Part shown: in pieces, positions 37,086-45,954 of the stretch
Layout: the number at the start of each line of letters is the position of its first letter
Numbering within the stretch: position 1 is the first letter of the stretch
Assembly (NCBI GenBank): GCA_013375475.1
Contig: JABXKD010000023.1
Span: 1-45,954, forward strand
Reading direction: 5' to 3'
Origin: Promethearchaeota archaeon
GTDB lineage: Archaea > Asgardarchaeota > Lokiarchaeia > Sigyniarchaeales > SOKP01
Length of the DNA stretch: 45,954 nt
Made by a program: the position numbers and the translations under genes
The notes under the pieces: generated by a model
Told to the model about the DNA's origin: nothing
Database searches by the model: none
Seen by the model: only the letters and a program-made list of their open reading frames with translations

Positions 37086-37421
37086 TTAGATAAAAAAAAA
37101 CCATAATACATTAAATAGCAAAGCTATAACTATCAGAGCAATCGTTATGGGGTTAATTAATGTACTTCTTAGAGCTTTTGCATATTTAACTTCGAGATCC
37201 CCTTTCATAAGAGTACTAAATGTTTTATATTTTGGATTTGTATTTTCTTTCAAGTGGTATGAACCAAGAAATCGAGGGTTTGTTAAACTTTTTAAGTGGT
37301 TATTGTAGTCACTTGTAGGAAATAAACGTAACTTATTATTATTGAGAACATCCTCGTAATCTTTAATATTTCGAGCTTTGCTTAGATCTTTTTCAGTTTG
37401 CTTTTTCTTATTATCATTCAT
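37086..37421 (-). CDS. Small tail-anchored hypothetical protein
   Basis: Hydrophilic body with a single C-terminal TM helix. Confidence 0.55.
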   Translation of the reverse strand: MNDNKKKQTEKDLSKARNIKDYEDVLNNNKLRLFPTSDYNNHLKSLTNPRFLGSYHLKENTNPKYKTFSTLMKGDLEVKYAKALRSTLINPITIALIVIALLFNVLWFFFI

Positions 37422-37543
37422 ATTGAATAATGACCAATTATATTTTTCTCATGTATTTTAAATCCATTCATTCTTAAATTTTTTATGGTTATTTAAAATA
37501 ATATACATCTCATACTGCCAATCTAAGATAATTTTTAAATCAA

Positions 37544-37933
37544 TTATTTTTCTAAGGATTTATCAATAAATTCACCAAAACCAGAAAAAACACTTACATC
37601 GTTATCCCAATTTATCAGATTTTTTGCATAAATTCTAAAAAAAATGTCAGAGATTTGCATTAATTCGTCAATGACTTTTTTCTCTTTCATTTTGATTGAA
37701 GAACTACCAATAAAAAGAAATTTTCTTCGCTTAATTATGACAAATCGAATATCAGATTTTTCAAAACTTGAAATGCCTCCATCAGAAAGAGCTTCAGCGA
37801 ATTTATTTAAAGCGCTCATTAAAGCACCAAATAGTTGAGGGTTCAGCTTTTGATCATGTCCTTTTGAAAATAAGACAATTCCGTTATCTGTTAAAACCCA
37901 AAAATCTTTTAGTATCTTCGGCACTAATACCAC
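37544..37933 (-). CDS. Longin/roadblock-like domain protein
   Basis: 'FWVLTDNGIVLFS', helix 'LFGALMSALNKFAEAL', three strands, helix 'ELMQISDIFFRIY', 'W..D...F..F'. Confidence 0.7.
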   Translation of the reverse strand: MVLVPKILKDFWVLTDNGIVLFSKGHDQKLNPQLFGALMSALNKFAEALSDGGISSFEKSDIRFVIIKRRKFLFIGSSSIKMKEKKVIDELMQISDIFFRIYAKNLINWDNDVSVFSGFGEFIDKSLEK

Positions 37934-38105
37934 AAATTACTCGTTTTCACTTTCCAAAATTCTATTAAAAGGGTGTTTTTAATAATTAAAAAATCTTTTT
38001 TAATAATTTTTATTAACTGTATTAAGAGTAACAAAATAAAAAAAATAAAAATTTGTTTTTTAGCTTCAAATTAAATTTTTATCAAAAAATAAAGTCTATA
38101 ATTCT

Positions 38106-38987
38106 ATGATTTGGAAAACTAAAATAACCCAAATGACGGGGATTAAATATCCAGTAATAATGGGCGCATTTGCAGTAATAGGGACAGCAGAATTTGCTAG
38201 TGCTTTTTCCAACGCAGATGGATTGGGTATCATTACCGCAATAAATTATCCTGATATTGAATCATTCCAAAAAGAACTTGAAAATATGATGAAATTAACA
38301 GATAAGCCTTTTGGAGTTAATTTTACTATTAAATCCCCCTTACTCTTAAAAAGTCGGGTTGGTAGAATTGAAGAATCCTATTATGATTTCTTAAATGTAG
38401 CGATTGATATGGGGATAAAGATATTTACTACTTCTGCATATCAGGCTCCAGAATTAGGAAAAAGAATAAAAAATGCTGGAGGTTACTGGTTTCATAAGTG
38501 TGCAACCATAAAACACGCCATCGCCGCACAAAAAAGGGGAGCTGATGTCGTTACGATTGTTGGTCTTGAAGGAACAGGATTTAAGAATCCTTATCAAAAT
38601 ACTACACTTGTAAATGTAACAATGGCTCGAAGGTTACTTAATCTACCAATTATTGCTGCAGGAGGAATAGGAGACGCTAGAGGTTTTCTTGGAGCTTTAG
38701 CTATGGGAGCAGACGCTGTGTGTTTAGGAAGCTCAATTATGGCTACCTCAGAGAGCCCTGCTTCAAAGAACTGGAAAGACCAAATATTATATCAAGATAT
38801 ATTTGATGAAAAATATCATAAGAAAATATTTCACCTCGAACTTAAAGACTCACCTATAGGTTCAATGGCGATTGGTCATATAGATAAAACACAACCAATA
38901 AAGGAGTTTATTGATAATTTGATTAACGAAAGTGAGCAAATTCTAAAAAGTTGGGGTTATAATAGTACCGTATTTTCCACAATATAA
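38106..38987 (+). CDS. Nitronate monooxygenase/FabK-like flavoprotein
   Basis: GIKYPVI, TDKPFGVN, G.EG.G, IAAGGIGDARG..GALAMGADAV.LG. Confidence 0.85.
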   Translation: MIWKTKITQMTGIKYPVIMGAFAVIGTAEFASAFSNADGLGIITAINYPDIESFQKELENMMKLTDKPFGVNFTIKSPLLLKSRVGRIEESYYDFLNVAIDMGIKIFTTSAYQAPELGKRIKNAGGYWFHKCATIKHAIAAQKRGADVVTIVGLEGTGFKNPYQNTTLVNVTMARRLLNLPIIAAGGIGDARGFLGALAMGADAVCLGSSIMATSESPASKNWKDQILYQDIFDEKYHKKIFHLELKDSPIGSMAIGHIDKTQPIKEFIDNLINESEQILKSWGYNSTVFSTI

Positions 38988-39047
38988 AAGATAAAGACAA
39001 AAAGTAAAAATTAATAACATAAAAATCATCATTCAGCACAATACATC

Positions 39048-40325
39048 ATGAAATTCGATTATGGAAAAGAAGGAATTGAGATAACTCTTAATTCTAATTG
39101 GAAGACAACAATAATTCAACCATTTAAGCAATCTGTAATTAAAAATCCTATTGAAGCGGTTAGTGATGCAATCAAAAATCCTGTAGGAAGTCCACCCTTA
39201 AAATCCATTGTTAAAAATCTAAAAAGCATTAAATCGGTTTGTATTGCAGTTTCAGATGCAACAAGACCAGTTCCAACTCATCTTATTTTAGATGGACTCT
39301 TAAATGAGTTAAAAGATTATGGGATCCAAGGAAAAAAAATACAAATCTTAATTGCTAATGGATTACACCGACCAACTAATAAGGAGGAACTAAGCAGAAT
39401 TTTAGGTATAGTAACAGCAAGTGATGTATCAATCGTTAACCATAATGCAAACGATAAGAAATCTCTCGCATCTTTGAGTATTACCGATCTTGAGGATCCG
39501 ATTTATATCAGTAAGTTTTACTACGAAAGCGATCTAAAAATTTTAACCGGATATGTTGAACCTCACTTCTTCTTTGGTTTTTCAGGTGGATACAAATCCG
39601 TTATTCCTGGTTTAGCCGGTGCTGAAACCATATTAGCAAATCATTCCGCCGAACAAATAGCTTCTCCATTTGCTCGATTTGGAATCTATAAAAATAATCC
39701 TCTACCTGACCATTCATCTAGACTTGCAAAAAAAATTGGCGTAGACTTCGCTATTAATGTATGTATTAATGAAAGTCATGAAATCACTCAAGTTGCTGCT
39801 GGTGATTTAGAATTAGTTCATAAAAAATTAGTTGATTATCAAAAGAAATATATTTTCAAAAAAATTAAAGAACCCTTCGATATAGTTATTTGCGGAAATG
39901 GAGGATATCCTTTAGATCTTAATTTATATCAAGCTGTAAAAAGTATGGCAATTGGAGAAATGGGTGTAAAGCAAGGGGGCACAATAATTTCTGTAAATGA
40001 GTGCAGAGAGGGAGTTGGTAAAGGACAAGATAAATTTAAAGAAATTATCTTTTCTGAAATGAGTCCGGAAGAAATATATAACAAAATCCTAAACAAAGAA
40101 TTAGTTGTACCTGATCAATGGCAAATCCAAGTTTTAACCCGAATATTAATGAAATCAGAAATTTATGTTGTATCTAATATGAAAGAGGATAAAATCGGAA
40201 ATATCGGATTAAAATATGCCGATACTGTTGAAATTGCTATTGAAGAATCACTAAAAAAACATGGAAAAGATGCGAGGATATTGATATTACCAAATGGGCC
40301 ATTGATCCTTCCTTTATTAACGTAG
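39048..40325 (+). CDS. larA: Nickel-pincer-dependent lactate racemase family protein
   Basis: SDATRP, ANGLHR, NHNA, EPHFFFGFSGGYKS..PG, GGYPLD.NLYQAVK, DQWQ.Q. Confidence 0.9.
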   Translation: MKFDYGKEGIEITLNSNWKTTIIQPFKQSVIKNPIEAVSDAIKNPVGSPPLKSIVKNLKSIKSVCIAVSDATRPVPTHLILDGLLNELKDYGIQGKKIQILIANGLHRPTNKEELSRILGIVTASDVSIVNHNANDKKSLASLSITDLEDPIYISKFYYESDLKILTGYVEPHFFFGFSGGYKSVIPGLAGAETILANHSAEQIASPFARFGIYKNNPLPDHSSRLAKKIGVDFAINVCINESHEITQVAAGDLELVHKKLVDYQKKYIFKKIKEPFDIVICGNGGYPLDLNLYQAVKSMAIGEMGVKQGGTIISVNECREGVGKGQDKFKEIIFSEMSPEEIYNKILNKELVVPDQWQIQVLTRILMKSEIYVVSNMKEDKIGNIGLKYADTVEIAIEESLKKHGKDARILILPNGPLILPLLT

Positions 40326-40961
40326 TGGTGAATAGGGTAGCATATAAATTTGAATGATTCTCTCCATTGGAGCCATTTCCCTTAATGGTTTAAAGAACTG
40401 CTTTTCAAATGGAGAGGCTCGTTTGTATTTCTCAGGGAGTAGGGGGATTGCCCATAAGTCAATGATCTCTGTTGGACTTCCCACAACAGGACGCCAGCTA
40501 GCAATAATAGGTAAAGATTTATGAGAAAACTCTAATCCTTTCTTCATCTCATCCATTTTATAAGGGGCAACTTGGAGAATCGCGAGCCCATAAACCTTAA
40601 GACGTGTTTCTTGACTTTTTGTAATTGCTTCATGCAAAACTTTCGGAGGCACGGATTCTAATGGCTCTAATAAACGTGATCGACGTACGGGAGCAAAATC
40701 CTCTAACCCGACGATGTATTCGCCCCAAGCCGAGTTTTGGCTAGTTTTTAATCTGAAAGATTTTAACGAATCCATATTATCAAATTCCATTATTTGTGTG
40801 ACCTGACCATACCATTCGCTATAACTTGACCATGCGGCGATCAATCGAGCCCCTACATCATCACATATTGGTACCAAATATTTTTTAGCAAATTTAATAA
40901 ATTTATCTAAAGTTTCGGGACTAGCAGGACTTAAATTAAAGATCTCTTCTAAATATATCAT
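40317..40961 (-). CDS. NIPSNAP-like two-domain protein
   Basis: Two dimeric alpha/beta-barrel-like halves; ends 'LPYSPLR'. Confidence 0.7.
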   Translation of the reverse strand: MIYLEEIFNLSPASPETLDKFIKFAKKYLVPICDDVGARLIAAWSSYSEWYGQVTQIMEFDNMDSLKSFRLKTSQNSAWGEYIVGLEDFAPVRRSRLLEPLESVPPKVLHEAITKSQETRLKVYGLAILQVAPYKMDEMKKGLEFSHKSLPIIASWRPVVGSPTEIIDLWAIPLLPEKYKRASPFEKQFFKPLREMAPMERIIQIYMLPYSPLR

Positions 40962-41208
40962 GATATTTCACAAATTATTTTTATTTGAATTTAGATATAT
41001 TGTTTGATTTAAAATTCTTGCGTTCCTACAAAAATGTACGTATGAACTCTGTAGAAAGTGCAATTAAACAATCCTTTTGAAACTTCAAAAAGACGTGAGC
41101 ATACTTATATTATATAATAGACCATAAATCCTTCCAATTAGAAACATATAATTTAAATCAGTGAATTAGTAATTTATTATAAGAACTACTGATTTAAACT
41201 AGATAGAA

Positions 41209-42249
41209 ATGGATTCAACAAACGCAATCATTTATCTAGATATAGATAAAGAAACTCCAAAAATTAAATTCTGGTATCCGTATAATCTACCAGAACCGTT
41301 CCGAAGAGAGATCGGCGAGGAGTGCATTTCGATTATATCTGGAGATCCAACTTTCATCCCGGAAATTCTCTTAATTTATCCAATTTCGCACCTAAAAATA
41401 AAGGTTTTAATTAAATATTTTAAAAGGGAAGATTCGACTCAAAATGAAGGAATTTCGAAGTCTGCTATCATCTTCGTCTTTGCTGAAAACGACGATCAAA
41501 TCTATTACCGATACATGAGTTATATCGATTCATATTTTAGTAAAACTGTCAGCTCTATGCTCACCCTAGAGAAAAATGAGATTATTAACGAAGTAATCCA
41601 CGAAGAAATAGTTAAGTTACATATGATATTATGCAATTTGACTGAATATTTGGTTTCTAAAAGCGAATATATACCAGAGAAAGTGGAACCATCTCGAAAA
41701 ATTATTCAAAGTAATCAAGTAGAAAAAACAAAATTTAAAGTTGTTGTCCTTGGCGACCCAAGGGTGGGTAAAACATCCACAATTCTCAGATTTACTGACA
41801 ACGTGTTCATGAGAGCATACATCCCAACAATGGGTTTAAACATCACCCAAAAAATCTTTGATGTTGATACTAATATCGTAGAATTAGTACTTTGGGATAT
41901 TGGAGGACAAGCCAAATTTGAACTAATAAGAAAGAAATTTTATGAGGGCGCGAATATAATACTCTTAATTTTTGATTTAACAAGTCCACTATCTTTTGCT
42001 AATGTCCCAAAATGGCATCAAGATATAAAAAATTACATGAAAAACAATCAAGCACTAAAAGGTTATCTAATTGGTAACAAGAACGATTTGGTTAAGAAAA
42101 GAATTGTAAGCGAGAGGGATGCAAAAAACCTCTCATACGCGTTAGATCTTGAATATCTTGAAATTTCTGCTTTAACGGGACATAATGTAGAGATGGCTTT
42201 CCAAAAAATAGCTAGAAAATTACTATTTTTTAATAAAATTGATAGTTAA
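41209..42249 (+). CDS. Rab-like small GTPase fused to an N-terminal longin/uDENN-like domain
   Basis: G1 GDPRVGKT, G2 YIPTMG, G3 WDIGGQ, G4 NKND, G5 SAL; ~170-aa N-terminal domain 'YLDID...PKIKFWYP'. Confidence 0.85.
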   Translation: MDSTNAIIYLDIDKETPKIKFWYPYNLPEPFRREIGEECISIISGDPTFIPEILLIYPISHLKIKVLIKYFKREDSTQNEGISKSAIIFVFAENDDQIYYRYMSYIDSYFSKTVSSMLTLEKNEIINEVIHEEIVKLHMILCNLTEYLVSKSEYIPEKVEPSRKIIQSNQVEKTKFKVVVLGDPRVGKTSTILRFTDNVFMRAYIPTMGLNITQKIFDVDTNIVELVLWDIGGQAKFELIRKKFYEGANIILLIFDLTSPLSFANVPKWHQDIKNYMKNNQALKGYLIGNKNDLVKKRIVSERDAKNLSYALDLEYLEISALTGHNVEMAFQKIARKLLFFNKIDS

Positions 42250-42643
42250 ATTTGTAGAGAACTTCGAAAGTTTTCTCCACAAGAAAGCGATATAATTCTA
42301 CGGTAATCTTAATTGCAATAAACTTACAGATTAAATCACCTTTAACGGTGCTACAATAAAATCCTACGATATCTACTTATAAAATATAAATTAACTTTTT
42401 CCCACTATCTACCCGCAAATCTCGTCTAGAAGTTTGTTCTGGGACATATCACGTCTGTACATAAAAACATTTTTAAATAGGGAAGTTACTTAACTTACAT
42501 TAATATAATAATAATAAGATTATTCGTAGTAATATCTTCGAAAAACTTATAATGTATAATGATCATACATTTTAGCGAAAAAGTTTGCGTATTAAATATA
42601 TAATTATTATTTTACAAATTAGTATTAAAAAAAGTGAAAATAT

Positions 42644-43567
42644 ATGTCATATCGAGACCGCCTACGATCGACAAAGGATAGTACAGTAGAGGATAGTCCT
42701 AGTGGACACTGTTGCGAAAATCCTTCAGTTGAGTCAAAAGATGGTGATGTTGTCTGTTTAAACTGCGGAATGATTCAAAGTAGAAACTTGGTTGGAAACG
42801 AGAGGAGAGCTTACACTGTAGAAGAAGTAAATAAACGAAGACGAACCGAGCCACGATGGAGAGAGTTCGGGCCAAGAACCATGCTACCAAATTCAAAGAT
42901 CGATTCAAAAGGAAGACTAATTAATGCGAAGGGGAAAACTTTGTTTTCCAGACTTTCAAAAATACAGAATTCCTTAATTTCCAGCATTGAAAGAAACTTT
43001 TGGGAAGCAAAACCAAAGTTAAAAATGCTTACGTCGAAGTTAAACATTCCAGAGTATATCAAAGAAACAGCATGGAAAATCTATAGTGTTGTTGCAAGGA
43101 AGAAGTTAACCATGGGAAGATCAATTGATGGTTTTATTGCTGCTTCATTATACGCTGCAATCAGGGTTCACGAATTTCCACGATTGCTAGAGGAAGTTTG
43201 CGACGCTTCAATGACCCCAAGAAGAACTGTTCATAGAAGCTTAGGAATGATTGTAAAGGAAGTATTGCCCGAATTAAATTTAAGGTATAAGCCGATTACG
43301 GCGGAGCAATTAGTCTTTCGATTCGGAAACGATTTGGGCTTACCAATGGAAGTACAAAAAAAAGCGATCGACATGCTCACAGACGCATCGAGAAACGGAC
43401 TATTAAGAACAGGGAAAGACCCAAAGGGCTTAGCGGCAAGTGTAATATATATGGCGGCCAAATCAAGTAACTGCCGAAAAACACAAGCAGAAGTCTCAGA
43501 AGTGGCCAAAGTAACAGAGGTCACATTACGGTCCCGATCCAAGCAAATCAGAATGAAATTAGCTTAA
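42644..43567 (+). CDS. tfb: Transcription initiation factor IIB
   Basis: Zn ribbon CC...CLNCG, ERRAY, two cyclin folds (GRSI...AASLYAA; GKDPKGLAASVIY; TQ.EV..VA.VTEVTLR). Confidence 0.95.
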   Translation: MSYRDRLRSTKDSTVEDSPSGHCCENPSVESKDGDVVCLNCGMIQSRNLVGNERRAYTVEEVNKRRRTEPRWREFGPRTMLPNSKIDSKGRLINAKGKTLFSRLSKIQNSLISSIERNFWEAKPKLKMLTSKLNIPEYIKETAWKIYSVVARKKLTMGRSIDGFIAASLYAAIRVHEFPRLLEEVCDASMTPRRTVHRSLGMIVKEVLPELNLRYKPITAEQLVFRFGNDLGLPMEVQKKAIDMLTDASRNGLLRTGKDPKGLAASVIYMAAKSSNCRKTQAEVSEVAKVTEVTLRSRSKQIRMKLA

Positions 43568-43900
43568 TCGGAAAAGAACTAACTTTAATAGTATTTTATT
43601 ATCTTTCTTTTTTTTTATTTTTAAATTATGACTCTAATTTAAATTCATATATAGGCAGTTATCGTTAAATAGCTTTAAATTGCGTTTAAATGCATAATTA
43701 ATCCTATTTAAGCTTTTACATTTTTGTCTTGTATTCCTATTTTGTACAAATAAGAAGATTTATACTTGGCTTTAATTTCTTTCAATTTTTTTCCTAGTTA
43801 ATAATAAGGGTTTATATCATCGAGTTAAGATATATTAGTAAGCTTGATTGAAAGGTATACTAGTCCCAGTTAAGAAGTGGCACATGCATAAACGGTTTTC

Positions 43901-45631
43901 TTGAATTTAACATACACTGTGCGGAAATTTAAAGGTATTATTAATATAAAGAATGTAAGTTATTCATTACTTTTATTAAATATATTTTGTTTTGTCTCAG
44001 GATTATTTTATATCGCTATTCCTGAATATTTACTCCTTTGGGACATTTTTGGGATAATTCTAACAGTTACTCTTTTTGAAAACCTCTTATTGGTTTACCT
44101 CAATTTATTGAAAGTTAATAAAAGGAGTAAATTAGGGTATAGGTTATATATTATGTGTTTTATCTTTCTTGTATTTATGATCTTAGGTATGTTTGGAATG
44201 ATGCAAGGCAATTTACTTAGCTCTGGAACCGTTTCAGATGGTTTTTTAGGGGGATATGCATTGACTCATCTCTGCTACTTTGGAATTTTAATATTTGGTA
44301 TTATAATTGGATTTATTGACGTTTTATCGAGAAACAATCTTGAGTTATGGGGTAAAGATAATAATGGCTATCGTAGAAAATCTATAAAAATTTTAAGAGT
44401 TCAACAAATTTTAAGGAAAATTATTGTTAGAGTTGCTTGGATTGGTTTTGTATTTGGCGCATTTTGTGCATTTATAACGGCGTTCGGTGTATTTGAATTT
44501 GTTACAACCCAAATTACTTATATTTCCTCTCAATATGGAATTTTCTTGTCGTTTATCTTCCTCTCTAACACAATTATTCTACTAAGGTTAAAGCGGGGGA
44601 GGTGGGACCGAAAGAAATTCCGTAGAGTAGCCCTCGTAGGAATTTTTATATCTACAGCATTACTTAGTCCTTTAATTCTTTCAAACATCACGGCTTTAAA
44701 TGCTGAAGTACGCTTTTCAGAAGCGTTTGGTCAAAACTGGCAACAAGAGATTCCTTCAGAAGAGAATAAATACTTTTTACAAACTTCGTTTTCGACGGCG
44801 GGATATTATCTGGGAACACCTTCTAAAGATTGTAATGTTATAGAAAACATCTTATTTTATAAAAACGAAAGCATTGAATTGTATTTTGATGTATATATGC
44901 CATTAAAAAAAGGTGAAGGCCTTCCAGGGCAGAATTCCACATTAGTTCGGATTCACGGGGGTGGTTGGGTTTCAGGCGATAAAGGAAGATCAAATATGGT
45001 ACAGATGAACAAATATTTTGCTGCTCAAGGGTATATAGTGTTTGATATTCAATATGGTTTGTATGATTCCTCAATTGCTGCTGCGGATTCCATTACGCCA
45101 AGTTATACCAGAGGAGATTTTAATATTGATGACATGATTCGTCACATCGGTGTCTTTACTAAATATCTTGCTGAAAATGCGAATATTTACGGTGCTAATT
45201 TGGGTTCTGTTTTCTTTAGCGGAGGATCTTCAGGGGGACATCTGGCAAGTGCAGCAGGCTTAGCATTAGCAAGTGGAAATTATTCAAATACGTTCAGTCA
45301 AAACCTAACTATAAAGGGATTGATCCCATTTTATCCCTCAAACGGACAGATGAAATATTTTGGAATTGATGGAAGTGAAGAATTTTTAGAACCCGCGAAA
45401 TTAATTGAACCTGAAAGTCCACCTTGTTTAATATTTCAGGGGACCCACGATGTTCTCACCTATTTTGGGATTAGTAATAACTTTCGGAATACTTATTTAA
45501 CAAAAGGGAATACAGACTGTGCTATTATTTGGATGTTAATGGCTGGTCATTCCAGTGATTTTTATTTTTCTGGTTATTACAATCAGATTTTTCTTTATTT
45601 TATGGAAAGATTTATGTATATTCACCGCTAA
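43901..45631 (+). CDS. Multi-pass membrane protein fused to an alpha/beta-hydrolase (esterase/lipase)
   Basis: Several N-terminal TM helices; HGGGW, GGSSGG, QGTHD, AGH; start uncertain. Confidence 0.8.
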   Translation: MNLTYTVRKFKGIINIKNVSYSLLLLNIFCFVSGLFYIAIPEYLLLWDIFGIILTVTLFENLLLVYLNLLKVNKRSKLGYRLYIMCFIFLVFMILGMFGMMQGNLLSSGTVSDGFLGGYALTHLCYFGILIFGIIIGFIDVLSRNNLELWGKDNNGYRRKSIKILRVQQILRKIIVRVAWIGFVFGAFCAFITAFGVFEFVTTQITYISSQYGIFLSFIFLSNTIILLRLKRGRWDRKKFRRVALVGIFISTALLSPLILSNITALNAEVRFSEAFGQNWQQEIPSEENKYFLQTSFSTAGYYLGTPSKDCNVIENILFYKNESIELYFDVYMPLKKGEGLPGQNSTLVRIHGGGWVSGDKGRSNMVQMNKYFAAQGYIVFDIQYGLYDSSIAAADSITPSYTRGDFNIDDMIRHIGVFTKYLAENANIYGANLGSVFFSGGSSGGHLASAAGLALASGNYSNTFSQNLTIKGLIPFYPSNGQMKYFGIDGSEEFLEPAKLIEPESPPCLIFQGTHDVLTYFGISNNFRNTYLTKGNTDCAIIWMLMAGHSSDFYFSGYYNQIFLYFMERFMYIHR

Positions 45632-45745
45632 ATTCTCAAGCAGCTCTAATTTTTTTCACTGTTTCTGTTTTTGCAGATATGTATAAAAAGGAGTGAATAA
45701 TAATATCATCGTATACACAATTTTGCATAATAAAAGCGTGATCAT

Positions 45746-45954
45746 ATGGAACCTTTTACAATTTTTTTAAATGTGTTAGTTATTATAATCGGTTACCTCA
45801 TTGGTTCAATTAACCCAGCATACATTTTTGGAAGAATGAAAAATGTTGACATTCGGGAGGAAGGAGATGGTGTTGCTGGAACGGTTAATGCTTTCAAAAG
45901 TTTAGGGTTGAAATATGCTATACCTACAGGTATCTTTGATTTTTTTAAGGGTAT
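45746..45954 (+). CDS. plsY: Glycerol-3-phosphate acyltransferase PlsY family, 5' part (truncated by window end)
   Basis: Manual translation MEPFTIFLNVLVIIIGYLIGSINPAYIFGRMKNVDIREEGDGVAGTVNAFKSLGLKYAIPTGIFDFFKG matches YLxGS, DIR..G.G..G..N and D..KG motifs. Confidence 0.8.
   Translation, partial: MEPFTIFLNVLVIIIGYLIGSINPAYIFGRMKNVDIREEGDGVAGTVNAFKSLGLKYAIPTGIFDFFKG

Noticed and set aside
42250-42643. Intergenic region before tfb as SRP or RNase P RNA, or another ncRNA
   Set aside because: No SRP helix 8 or RNase P P4 signature; only a terminator-like hairpin near 42252-42282 and AT-rich promoter sequence.
1811-45074. Numerous 60-116 aa antisense or overlapping ORFs in the track (e.g. 1811-2005, 3914-4222, 11632-11973, 20899-21156, 34459-34809, 43231-43542)
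   Set aside because: They lie on or opposite well-supported genes and have no motifs; shadow ORFs.
1-45954. CRISPR arrays, tRNA/rRNA genes, transposases or integrases
   Set aside because: No regularly spaced repeats, cloverleaf, rRNA-like GC-rich tract or recombinase motifs were seen by eye; a tRNAscan/Infernal run would be needed to exclude small RNAs fully.

Overview
AT-rich archaeal chromosome segment, most consistent with an Asgard archaeon (Lokiarchaeia-like). The evidence is an archaeal histone, TFB, a proteasome beta subunit, NOG1 and mfnE/mfnF, alongside eukaryotic-signature genes (two-domain gelsolin, Rab-like GTPase fusion, longin-like protein, RING-finger protein, EMC3/TMCO1 family, HEAT-solenoid protein). 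Three things are missed or truncated by the ORF track. (1) Two tandem selD paralogs are both selenoproteins (in-frame UGA at codon 19, GUxCK). Each is followed immediately by a eukaryote-like 3'UTR SECIS carrying an extra conserved hairpin, forming a three-way junction. (2) A ~75-nt k-turn hairpin at 18788-18860 (minus strand) has a bipartite pocket that matches 23S rRNA helix 69 around U1911. It is a candidate pseudouridylation guide RNA lacking a canonical ACA box. (3) A 5' fragment of a bacterial-type plsY lies at the right edge. Also notable: a gelsolin-centred neighbourhood with a shared Zn-ribbon module, a probably non-catalytic proteasome beta next to a RING E3-like gene, and a type II pantothenate kinase. 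No CRISPR array, rRNA, tRNA or mobile element was recognised. All calls come from reading motifs by eye; no searches were run.
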